DNA of 53,187 nucleotides, taken from sequence record DRR723986_4629; one strand, given 5' to 3'. Below the pieces are notes generated by a model, which was given only the letters and a program-made list of their open reading frames with translations, did no database searches and had not been told where the DNA came from. Shown one piece after another: positions 11,696-20,350 of the stretch (the first letter of the stretch is position 1; the number at the start of each line of letters is the position of its first letter). The position numbers and the translations under genes are program-made.

Positions 11696-12402
11696 AGTAC
11701 CGGTACGGCCTGCGAAACAAATTACAAACCGGTGCGCTCGGGGTATTTGTGTGTGTGGTATTGGTGATTGTGTTTGGGCTGATCAGCCTGCAAAACATCA
11801 CCTCCACAAGCCTGGATCTTTATTTGTCCAACTCCAAGCAACACATTGAGGAGGCGCGCCATCTGGCCTATGCAGGCCTTCGTCACTACACCCACAATTT
11901 TGGCAATGACGCGGCCATTCAGCAATTAATCGACACTCACCGGGGTGACACCCGAGTTATCGGTGAATGCTCCTACACAGTTGACTTACCTGAAACGCTT
12001 GATCCTGAAGTACAGCTGGCAAGCCCAGACACACCAGATGGCTCGCGACAAGACATCGTAATTCGGGGCATTGTGGTTCCCTACAACTGCCGGGATGATA
12101 TTTCAGATGAAAACTACCGAGCCACCTTTGAAATTGTGGCCAGTGTCAATTGTTCTGGAAGTGAAGGGGTGGAATCCGGTTGCGTCAAACGTTCATTTGT
12201 ATTCAATCGTGAAGACAGCAATGGGAAAGAGTACTTGCCCCGTATTCCACCCCCTCCCCCTCCTCCACCGCCAAGGCCACCCGACCCCAATCCACCACCG
12301 CCGCCGCCTGTTCAACACCGGCCTCCGTCGGAGCCACCTCCAAGGGAGGAACCCAGGCCGCCACCCCCGAAATCAAAGGGCAAACATGAAGTTGGATTCT
12401 AG
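11692..12402 (+). CDS. PilX-like minor pilin with a C-terminal polyproline tail
   Basis: QTG|ALGVFVCVVLVIV leader and EARHLAYAGL (PilX N-terminal-like pattern). Pro-rich last ~55 aa. Confidence 0.62.
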   Translation: MKYRYGLRNKLQTGALGVFVCVVLVIVFGLISLQNITSTSLDLYLSNSKQHIEEARHLAYAGLRHYTHNFGNDAAIQQLIDTHRGDTRVIGECSYTVDLPETLDPEVQLASPDTPDGSRQDIVIRGIVVPYNCRDDISDENYRATFEIVASVNCSGSEGVESGCVKRSFVFNREDSNGKEYLPRIPPPPPPPPPRPPDPNPPPPPPVQHRPPSEPPPREEPRPPPPKSKGKHEVGF

Positions 12403-12931
12403 GAAAAACGGATTCTCGATGGTCGACGCACTGATCGCCATTCTGGTGCTGTCCATTGGTTTGGTCTTGTATGCCAAAAACTGGACGGCCAATTTTGGTG
12501 CTAAAAACTCGACCCATGTGCGTTCGATCGCTGCGACTCAAGTCGCAGAAATTGGCAATGTGTTGCTGGCCAATATTTCAGACCTGGACAGGGACACGCC
12601 GCGTGGGCAAATCATTTCTCGAATGCAGCAGTTCTCAGGACGATTGGAAGACCACTTGAACAGCTTTGCGGGTGCGAGGGGCTATGAATGCACGAGCAAT
12701 GGGCCAAGAGCCTTGGGAGCACCCAACAGTGCAATTGATTTGAGCCAAGCCACGCTGCCCCGTGCTTGGGCGCAGGGCGCAGCTTCATGTATCAGTATTC
12801 GACCCTTACCCAATTTAAGCACGCAAACCAACGGTGTTTGGGTTCATATTGAGGCCAGATGGATTGATTCCCACACACGGGACAACCAGACGGAAAACGT
12901 CAGTGTGTACACCTTGGTCAGCCCGCTGTGA
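12386..12931 (+). CDS. PilV-like minor pilin
   Basis: MKLDSRKNG|FSMVDALIAILVLSIGL and the RSIA motif typical of PilV. Start at the ATG at 12386, not the ORF-track start at 12071. Confidence 0.75.
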   Translation: MKLDSRKNGFSMVDALIAILVLSIGLVLYAKNWTANFGAKNSTHVRSIAATQVAEIGNVLLANISDLDRDTPRGQIISRMQQFSGRLEDHLNSFAGARGYECTSNGPRALGAPNSAIDLSQATLPRAWAQGAASCISIRPLPNLSTQTNGVWVHIEARWIDSHTRDNQTENVSVYTLVSPL

Positions 12932-12933
12932 TC

Positions 12934-13866
12934 CTACTTTGAATAAAGTTGCGGACCAAGGCGGTGATTCAGACGATCACTGACAAACGCATGGATGACA
13001 GCAAATTGCTCATCGTTGAGCGACTTTAACGCAAAGCCATAACTTGATGAAGCAGGTCCGGAATCACGGGGCTTTGACGCCACCTCAGCATCGCATTCGA
13101 TCAAATACTTGCGATCATCCAGAATAATTTGAAACGCAATCGAGATGGATTGCCCCATTTTGAAATTCACAGCCTTGGCAAACAACAGTTCAAGCCCACC
13201 AGTTGAGATGTTATCGATCACTGCGGTGATCGATTCAACCAAACCACTTTGACTGCCGTTCAGACGGACAGTGGCGGGCAAATCACAATTCACACGACGG
13301 GCGCGTCGAATGGCCTGCGACTCCAGATGCGTTTCATGGGGCCATGACATCACAATCAGAGGGTGCGGCGACAGCAGCACCTTTTCAATCATTGAACTGA
13401 AGCGATAAATGGACAAGCCGTAAGTGGCCTGGAACTCCCAAACCTGCCCCTCTTTAGTGAAAACGCATTTTCCGTCACGCATCGGATGGGTAATCAACAC
13501 CGCCGCCTGTGGGATGCTCCCGATCAGACGAACATGGAAGGGGTCTTTGGCTTGGCCAGGCGGAAACATTTTCAGCTGGCTGCCCGTCTCGAAAGGATCT
13601 TCGAACGCTTGCCTTGCCGGAAGCATGCGAGGCAAGTTGGTTGAATCCAGCTGAGGCTTGCCGGGTTGAATGACAAATTTACTCGCCCACCGCGGGTTGT
13701 GATACAAGCCCTTGGCAGCCAGCTCATCAAGCTGTTTCTGGCTATTAACCGCCTGACCTTCCGCCAGCAGCAATACGCCGTTTCTGTCAAAGATGGCGAA
13801 TGGCAGCGCCTTACCTATTTCAATATCGCCCTTGGCCAAAGGCGAAAGGTCTTTGGGATTGTCCAC
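12934..13866 (-). CDS. PilZ-domain (YcgR/flagellar brake-like) c-di-GMP effector
   Basis: RRARR (RxxxR) and NISTGG (D/NxSxxG) PilZ motifs, preceded by a PilZN-like domain. Confidence 0.82.
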   Translation of the reverse strand: MDNPKDLSPLAKGDIEIGKALPFAIFDRNGVLLLAEGQAVNSQKQLDELAAKGLYHNPRWASKFVIQPGKPQLDSTNLPRMLPARQAFEDPFETGSQLKMFPPGQAKDPFHVRLIGSIPQAAVLITHPMRDGKCVFTKEGQVWEFQATYGLSIYRFSSMIEKVLLSPHPLIVMSWPHETHLESQAIRRARRVNCDLPATVRLNGSQSGLVESITAVIDNISTGGLELLFAKAVNFKMGQSISIAFQIILDDRKYLIECDAEVASKPRDSGPASSSYGFALKSLNDEQFAVIHAFVSDRLNHRLGPQLYSK

Positions 13867-13890
13867 ACTGCCTCGCTTACCAACTCCGGT

Positions 13891-14844
13891 TTACGGAGTC
13901 TCAAATTCTTTGTCTTTCTTCACAGGCTTCACCAAGTCTTCCCTGGTGAGGCCCAGCCACATCAACAGGGGGCTGGCCACCAACACTGAGGAATATATGC
14001 CAAAGCAAATACCAATGGTGAGCGCCAAGGCAAAACCGTGCAAGGTAGGGCCACCAAAAAACAACATGGAACACACCATGATTTGGGTAGAACCGTGAGT
14101 AATAATGGTGCGCGAAATCGTTCGGGTAATTGCGTTGTCGATGGTCTCTTCAACGGTCATTTTGCGGACTTTCTTGAATGTTTCGCGAATGCGGTCAAAC
14201 ACCACCACAGATTCGTTCACCGAATAACCCAAAACCGCCAACACTGCTGCAAGTACCGAGAGTGAAAACTCCCAACCGAAAAATGCGAAAAAGCCAAGAA
14301 TAATGACCACGTCGTGCAAGTTGGCCACGATGGCTGACACAGCAAACTTCCATTCAAAACGCATGGCCAGATAGATCATGATCCCGATGATCACGACCAT
14401 CAATGCGATTACACCATTCTCAGCCAACTCACGACCTACCTGTGGCCCTACAAACTCCACACGCATCAATTGAACATCCGGGCCGCCCAAGCTCAACACC
14501 TGCTCGGTCATCGCTTGCTGGTTGAGTTTGCCCTCAGTGCCCAAAACGCCCGATTGCAAATCCTTCACCGCCAGTCGAACCAACACATCGCGTGCAGTAC
14601 CGAAGTTTTGAACCTGTGGCTCGTCGATCCCGGTGGCGCGCAAACCTTCGCGAATTTTCTCGAGTTCAGCCGGTTGGGAATAGCGGGCTTCAACCAGTAC
14701 ACCACCGGTGAACTCCACACTCAGGTTCAAACCTTTGGTCGACAGAAAAAATACGGCTGCCGCAAAAGTCAGGAACGAGATGATGTTGAAAATCTTGGCA
14801 TGCCGCATGAACGGAATGTCGTTTTTAATTCTGAATAGTTCCAT
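13891..14844 (-). CDS. secF: Protein translocase subunit SecF
   Basis: GLNLSVEFTGG, VGPQVG, HDV and GYSVNESVVVFDRIRE motifs. Confidence 0.97.
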   Translation of the reverse strand: MELFRIKNDIPFMRHAKIFNIISFLTFAAAVFFLSTKGLNLSVEFTGGVLVEARYSQPAELEKIREGLRATGIDEPQVQNFGTARDVLVRLAVKDLQSGVLGTEGKLNQQAMTEQVLSLGGPDVQLMRVEFVGPQVGRELAENGVIALMVVIIGIMIYLAMRFEWKFAVSAIVANLHDVVIILGFFAFFGWEFSLSVLAAVLAVLGYSVNESVVVFDRIRETFKKVRKMTVEETIDNAITRTISRTIITHGSTQIMVCSMLFFGGPTLHGFALALTIGICFGIYSSVLVASPLLMWLGLTREDLVKPVKKDKEFETP

Positions 14845-14878
14845 TTGCTTTTATTTCACTTGGTTCGGTTGGTGTAGG

Positions 14879-16771
14879 TCACGCTTTTTTAGCGACAGCT
14901 GTGCCGTCAGTGGGGCGCCAAATTTGCCCAATGCTGACGGAGTCCAATTTCTTCTTGCGGCCATACCAAAGGTTGACCACACCGCGCGACACCACAACAG
15001 CACTGAAAATGGAGGTCAGAATGCCCAGACAGTGCACCACCGCAAAACCACGCACGGGGCCGGAGCCAAAAATCAGCAAGGCCAAACCAGCAATCAAGGT
15101 GGTGATGTTCGAATCCAGAATGGTGGCCCATGCTCGCTCGTAACCTGCAGCAATCGCCTGCTGTGGCTGAGCACCGTCGCGAAGTTCTTCGCGGATACGC
15201 TCGTTGATCAGCACGTTGGCATCAATCGCCATACCCAGGGTAAGCGCAATCGCTGCAATACCTGGCAATGTCAGGGTGGCTTGCAATACGGACAACAAGG
15301 CAAACAACAACATCACGTTAACCGCCAGTGCAAACACTGAAAACACACCAAACAACAAGTAGTACACGATCATGAATGCGCCCAGCACAACAAAGCCATA
15401 CAGGGTTGAGTTAATACCCTTGTCGATGTTGTCAGCACCCAGGCTTGGGCCAATGGTGCGCTCTTCGATAATATCCATGGGCGCAGCAAGTGAGCCTGCA
15501 CGCAACAACAGGGCCAGGTCAGCGGATTCAACCGTGTTCATGCTGCCTGAAATTTGCACGCGACCGCCACCAATTTCACCGCGAATCACCGGCGCGGTGA
15601 CTACCTCGCCCTTGCCTTTCTCGATCAACACAATGGCCATTCGCTTGCCAATGTTTTCAGCAGTAATATTTCTGAAAATACGCGAACCCTGGCTGTCCAG
15701 CGTCAAATGCACCGCCGGTTCCTGGGTTTGGTTGTCAAAGCCGGCTTGCGCATCGGTCAGGTTGTCGCCGGTCAAAATCACTTCCGATTTCAGCAACAAG
15801 TCGCGGCCACCACGCTCCGTGTAACGCTCAAGGCCGAAGGGAACAATGCCGCTGGCCAGAGCAGACTGAGCCTCCGGGCTGTCATCCACCATGCGCACCT
15901 CCAGCGTTGCAGTACGGCCCAGAATGTCTTTGGCCTTCGCTGTGTCTTGCACGCCTGGTAGTTGAACCACAATACGGTCGGCACCCTGGCGTTGAATCAC
16001 GGGTTCGGCTACGCCCAACTCGTTGATTCGGTTGTGCAAGGTGGTGATGTTCTGGCGCAAGGCATATTCACGCGCCTGTTGTTCAATTTCTGGCGCCAGT
16101 GTCGCTATCAGCGCAAATTCCGTGCTGTTTTCAGGCGCAGCCAACTGCAAATCCGGGTATTCCTTGGCCAGGGCAGCCTGTGCTTTGTTGCGGGCGTCTG
16201 CATCGCGGAAGGTCAGGTTAAAACCGGCTGGAGTGCGAGGCGCACTGGCGTACCTCAAGTCTTTTTCGCGCAAGGTTTGCTTGGCGCTGGCCAGCAAGGC
16301 ATCCTTGCGCTTTTCCAGTGCAGCATCCATGTCCACTTGCAACAGAAAATGCACACCACCCCGCAAATCGAGACCGAGATACATGGGCAGCGCATTGATG
16401 CTGGTCAACCAGTCTGGGGACCGGGACAACAAATTCAAGGCAACAATGTAATCCGGATCTGCCGGGTCTGGATTAAGCTGGCTTTGGAGAAAATCTCTCG
16501 CCTTTAATTGCTCTTCAGACGAGTTGAACCTTAATTTCAGCGTTCCACCACCCAGTGTTTCTTCGAAAAACACCCCGTCGGGCTTGATACCTTGCGCCTC
16601 GAGCTGACTCGATAAACGTTCAGCCAGGTCAGGTGACAATTTCAAGGTGGACTTGCCACTTGAAACCTGCACAGCAGGCGCTTCGCCATAAAAATTGGGC
16701 AAGGTGTACAACACACCCAGCACCAACACAATGGCGATCATCAGGTACTTCCAGACAGGGTATCGATTCAT
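14879..16771 (-). CDS. secD: Protein translocase subunit SecD
   Basis: LGLDLRGG, RINELGVAEP, IGPSLG and GMAIDANVLINERIREE motifs. Confidence 0.97.
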   Translation of the reverse strand: MNRYPVWKYLMIAIVLVLGVLYTLPNFYGEAPAVQVSSGKSTLKLSPDLAERLSSQLEAQGIKPDGVFFEETLGGGTLKLRFNSSEEQLKARDFLQSQLNPDPADPDYIVALNLLSRSPDWLTSINALPMYLGLDLRGGVHFLLQVDMDAALEKRKDALLASAKQTLREKDLRYASAPRTPAGFNLTFRDADARNKAQAALAKEYPDLQLAAPENSTEFALIATLAPEIEQQAREYALRQNITTLHNRINELGVAEPVIQRQGADRIVVQLPGVQDTAKAKDILGRTATLEVRMVDDSPEAQSALASGIVPFGLERYTERGGRDLLLKSEVILTGDNLTDAQAGFDNQTQEPAVHLTLDSQGSRIFRNITAENIGKRMAIVLIEKGKGEVVTAPVIRGEIGGGRVQISGSMNTVESADLALLLRAGSLAAPMDIIEERTIGPSLGADNIDKGINSTLYGFVVLGAFMIVYYLLFGVFSVFALAVNVMLLFALLSVLQATLTLPGIAAIALTLGMAIDANVLINERIREELRDGAQPQQAIAAGYERAWATILDSNITTLIAGLALLIFGSGPVRGFAVVHCLGILTSIFSAVVVSRGVVNLWYGRKKKLDSVSIGQIWRPTDGTAVAKKA

Positions 16772-16780
16772 GACAGCAAA

Positions 16781-17116
16781 TTAACGTGTTTCTTTCAGGG
16801 TGCCGCGAGGCAGCAGGCTTTGCACAGCAGCGCGTTGCAGCACTACCTCAACAGGCTTGTCACCCATTTCGGCCACTTCCAGCGTGATGTACGACTCATT
16901 GATTTTGCTGATTTTTCCCAGCAAGCCGCCCGAGGCGATCACTTCGTCTCCTTTTTGCAGGGCTTCAACCATGGCTTTGTGTTCTTTCTGACGCTTCATT
17001 TGGGGACGAATTGCCAGGAAATAAAGCACGCCAAACATCAAAATGAGGGGCAGGAAGCTTAAAAGGCCACTTTCCGGGCCAGCGGCTGCGGATTGCGCAA
17101 ACGCGGATGAAATCAC
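16781..17116 (-). CDS. yajC: Preprotein translocase subunit YajC
   Basis: YFLAIRPQMKRQKEH and LQKGDEVIASGG motifs. Start moved to the GTG at 17116, 6 nt after AAGGAG. Confidence 0.93.
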   Translation of the reverse strand: MISSAFAQSAAAGPESGLLSFLPLILMFGVLYFLAIRPQMKRQKEHKAMVEALQKGDEVIASGGLLGKISKINESYITLEVAEMGDKPVEVVLQRAAVQSLLPRGTLKETR

Positions 17117-17257
17117 AGTCATCTCCTTAAAGTTGTGATGGGTTCGCGCCGAGTATACAACGCTTGACACCTAAAATTCAGACCAAAAGGCTTGACTTGG
17201 GTTCCACTTAAAGATTCACTTAGTGATTGTGGGAACAATAAAAACAGGCTTTGATCT

Positions 17258-17800
17258 ATGTCGAGCAAGATAGAACAGGCAACCTTGGGCGGGGGTTGTT
17301 TCTGGTGCACTGAAGCTGTTTTCCGGCAACTCAAAGGAATCGAGTTGTGCGAATCGGGCTACAGCGGGGGAAGCGACCCCAATCCGAACTATGACAAGGT
17401 CTGTGGCGGTAGAACCGGCCACGCCGAAGTCATTCGGCTGCACTACGATCCGGAAGTCATTTCATTTCGGAAAATACTGGCAGTGTTTTTCGCCATTCAC
17501 GACCCAACCACCTTGAACCGACAGGGCAACGATGTGGGTACCCAGTACCGCTCGGTCATTTTTTTTCACACGCCCGAGCAACGCGACATAGCCGTGGCTT
17601 TTGTTGAAGACCTGGAAAAACGGAAAATTTTCCGCGACAAGGTAGTGACCGAGATTTCGCCTTTGCTGAATTACTTTCCCGCCGAGAAATACCACCAGGA
17701 ATATTTCGAGAACAACCCCATGCAGCCCTACTGTGCCTATGTGGTAGCGCCCAAGGTTGAAAAAGCCGAAGACCTTTTTGGTGACTTGTTTAAACGTTAA
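17258..17800 (+). CDS. msrA: Peptide methionine sulfoxide reductase A
   Basis: GGCFWC, TGHAE, HDPT, RQGNDVGTQYRS and AEKYHQ motifs. Confidence 0.95.
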   Translation: MSSKIEQATLGGGCFWCTEAVFRQLKGIELCESGYSGGSDPNPNYDKVCGGRTGHAEVIRLHYDPEVISFRKILAVFFAIHDPTTLNRQGNDVGTQYRSVIFFHTPEQRDIAVAFVEDLEKRKIFRDKVVTEISPLLNYFPAEKYHQEYFENNPMQPYCAYVVAPKVEKAEDLFGDLFKR

Positions 17801-18591
17801 GTTTTGTGGTGGTTCACGCAATGTGCAATGGCCCAGGCGGCCATTTGCATGCCCATGGTGGCGGTGACCGTGACCACAGAGCCATAACCCGCACAATTCA
17901 ACCCAGCCGCAGGTTCGCACGCGTCGCTGCGCTTGATTTGCTCGTCTGAATAGAACACCGCCACGCCCAGCTTCTTCTTCGGGTCTTTCGCGTATCCATG
18001 TGCGCGGCGAAGTGTGTACCGCACCTTGGCCAGCAGGGGGTCATTGGTGGTGTCGCGCAGGTCGGCAGGCTGAACGAGCCAGGGTTTGGTTTTCCCACCC
18101 GCACTGCCCGACAGCGCCACGGCAAGGTTCAAACGCCTGGCCCAAGTGACCAAGGCCACCTTCGCCCGAACATTGTCGCAACAGTCCAGCACAACTTTGC
18201 ATTCGCCAGCCGCCGCAGCAAATTGAGTGAGCAGGTTCTGCGCATTGTCAGGTTCCAGAAACGCATCCACGAAGGTCACCTGGCACTGCGGAAAATAGCC
18301 ATGAATGTGATCGGCCAAAGCCTTGATCTTTTCCCGTCCCAAGGTGGCATCACAGGCCTGGATTTGTCGGTTGATGTTGCTTTCAGCCACGTGGTCCATG
18401 TCAACCAGCGTAATTCGACCCACGCCACTGCGAGCCAAGGCCTCGGCAGCCCAAGAACCCACCCCGCCGACACCTACCACCATGGCATGAACCCGCTGGT
18501 TGAGAAACACATGGGTACCATCACCGTACAGGCGACTGATTCCACCAAACCGTCGATCCAAATCGGGATGGCTATCCATCGAGTCAACCAT
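17797..18591 (-). CDS. tcdA: tRNA threonylcarbamoyladenosine dehydratase (ThiF/E1-like)
   Basis: RRFGG, GVGGVGSWAAEALARSG, SNINRQ and C.GYGS motifs. Confidence 0.85.
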   Translation of the reverse strand: MVDSMDSHPDLDRRFGGISRLYGDGTHVFLNQRVHAMVVGVGGVGSWAAEALARSGVGRITLVDMDHVAESNINRQIQACDATLGREKIKALADHIHGYFPQCQVTFVDAFLEPDNAQNLLTQFAAAAGECKVVLDCCDNVRAKVALVTWARRLNLAVALSGSAGGKTKPWLVQPADLRDTTNDPLLAKVRYTLRRAHGYAKDPKKKLGVAVFYSDEQIKRSDACEPAAGLNCAGYGSVVTVTATMGMQMAAWAIAHCVNHHKT

Positions 18592-19712
18592 TAACGCGCT
18601 TCCAGATCCACGACGCTCACCGACACTTCGCGCGTATCGTCACCGCGCATCACCAGCAAATTGGCCGTACCACCGACGCCAACTGCCTCCAGGGCCTTTG
18701 ACAACTGCAAGACATTGGCAACTGGTTTGCGGTCAACGGCGATGATGATGTCACCCACCACACCCCCCTGCAAATCAAACGGCTTCAGACCTGCCCGCGC
18801 GGCAGGTGAACCCGGCTCTACGCCCATGACTGCGATGCCACGAATACCCAAGCGGCGAGCCAGCGACTCATCCGCCACTGCAATGCCGATACCGGGCCTG
18901 GGCAAGGTACCGCGCTCGATTAGTTGCGGCACAATTTCATTGACCAAATCAACAGGAATTGCAAAGCCCACACCCGCGGAGGATCCGCTTTGAGAGAGTA
19001 TGGCGGTGTTCACACCGATCAAACGGCCCGCGGAATCCAGCAAGGGGCCTCCTGAGTTACCAGGGTTGATGGCTGCGTCCGTTTGGATCACATCCGGTAT
19101 TTCACGGCCGTTGCTCACAGGCAAGGTACGCCCCAAAGCGCTGACGATACCCGCAGTGAGCGTTTTCGACAGACCGAAGGGGTTGCCGATGGCAAACACC
19201 GATTGCCCCACCAGCAAGTCGCCAGACGTGCCCACTGGGATGGGCCGCAGGTTGGCTGGCTTGTTCACCAGGCGGATCACCGCAAGATCGTACGAGGGTG
19301 CAATACCCACGAGGCGAGCCGGCAGCGGTTCTGAGTCATCAAGCTGCACTCGAATTCGACTGGCTCCCTCTACCACGTGCGCATTGGTCACAATGTGGCC
19401 AGCCTCATCCCAAATAAAGCCTGAACCGGTGCCCTCCGCCACGCGCCTGAAAAACAACTGCCCTTGTACGCTCTCCGTGAAAATATAGGCCACAGATGCT
19501 TTGGACACCTCAAACAGCTCAACCACGCTTTTTTCGCCTGCGGCAAGATCGCCCCGGGCCTCTACCACCCGTGGTGCGACGTTTTCTGGTCGACTGGTAA
19601 ACAGGTTCTCAATGCTGGACTGGTTGTACAACACATACAACAACGCCACAAACAACACAAAGGCAAGCAATGCAGTGGCTGAGGCACCGCTTTGATTCTG
19701 TCTCGGTTTCAC
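18591..19712 (-). CDS. HtrA/DegS-type serine protease (S1C) with an N-terminal membrane anchor and one PDZ domain
   Basis: GSGFIW, TNAHVV, DLAV and TDAAINPGNSGGPL motifs, plus a C-terminal PDZ domain. Confidence 0.9.
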   Translation of the reverse strand: MKPRQNQSGASATALLAFVLFVALLYVLYNQSSIENLFTSRPENVAPRVVEARGDLAAGEKSVVELFEVSKASVAYIFTESVQGQLFFRRVAEGTGSGFIWDEAGHIVTNAHVVEGASRIRVQLDDSEPLPARLVGIAPSYDLAVIRLVNKPANLRPIPVGTSGDLLVGQSVFAIGNPFGLSKTLTAGIVSALGRTLPVSNGREIPDVIQTDAAINPGNSGGPLLDSAGRLIGVNTAILSQSGSSAGVGFAIPVDLVNEIVPQLIERGTLPRPGIGIAVADESLARRLGIRGIAVMGVEPGSPAARAGLKPFDLQGGVVGDIIIAVDRKPVANVLQLSKALEAVGVGGTANLLVMRGDDTREVSVSVVDLEAR

Positions 19713-20350
19713 GAATTTGGATCCTGCTGGTTAACTTCTGGATTCGGGTTGAACTGAAAGCGCTGTGGCACAGTGCCTGATTCAATAGGCACCAACTTCA
19801 ACGTGCAATCGCGCAGTCCCGTGGACGTGTTTTTATCCCGGCGCAACTTGGTGCGCGCAGCAATCAGGGTGTCGGGATCCTCATCGGGCACAGCCCAACT
19901 GGCTTGATGAACCAGTTCGCCCTGGCATTCCTTCAGGCCCTTCGCAAGAAGGTCCATGTCATTGCTGTGCAAAAGGCCAATGCCAGGCTCACCTTCAATC
20001 AAGACCCTGCCCTGTTCATCTTGGTACATACCCAAGGGCCAGCAGACGAGACCAGTGTGGGTGGTCAGCATCAAGGCACCGTGCTCCAGAGGGTGAATGC
20101 GATACACCCACGGTGTGTAAGCCAAGTGGACATACGCTTTTTGAGGGCCATTCTGAAAATAGTAACGCCCGTCTGATTCGCAACCATAGTTGCGCGCCAT
20201 GAAATTCAAAATCCTCGGATGGCTGATTGTTAACCCCTCGGGCACAGGTCCTGTCAGCAACCAGTCGCCTTGCGTGCTTAACTTCACCCATCCGGCAATG
20301 GCCGGCACGTTGGGCCAACGCGCCAGTGCTTTTTCTACAAGGTCATCCAC
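19709..20350 (-). CDS. Conserved hypothetical protein (DUF2946-like)
   Basis: (M)DDLVEKALARWPNVP...GW and YFQNGPQKAYVHL.YTPW are recognisable Betaproteobacterial family motifs. Start moved to the GTG at 20350. Confidence 0.7.
   Translation of the reverse strand: MDDLVEKALARWPNVPAIAGWVKLSTQGDWLLTGPVPEGLTISHPRILNFMARNYGCESDGRYYFQNGPQKAYVHLAYTPWVYRIHPLEHGALMLTTHTGLVCWPLGMYQDEQGRVLIEGEPGIGLLHSNDMDLLAKGLKECQGELVHQASWAVPDEDPDTLIAARTKLRRDKNTSTGLRDCTLKLVPIESGTVPQRFQFNPNPEVNQQDPNS

Noticed and set aside
12071..12385. N-terminal extension of the pilV-like ORF overlapping the pilX-like gene
   Set aside because: The frame stays open partly because the C-rich proline codons exclude stops. The prepilin motif places the start at 12386.
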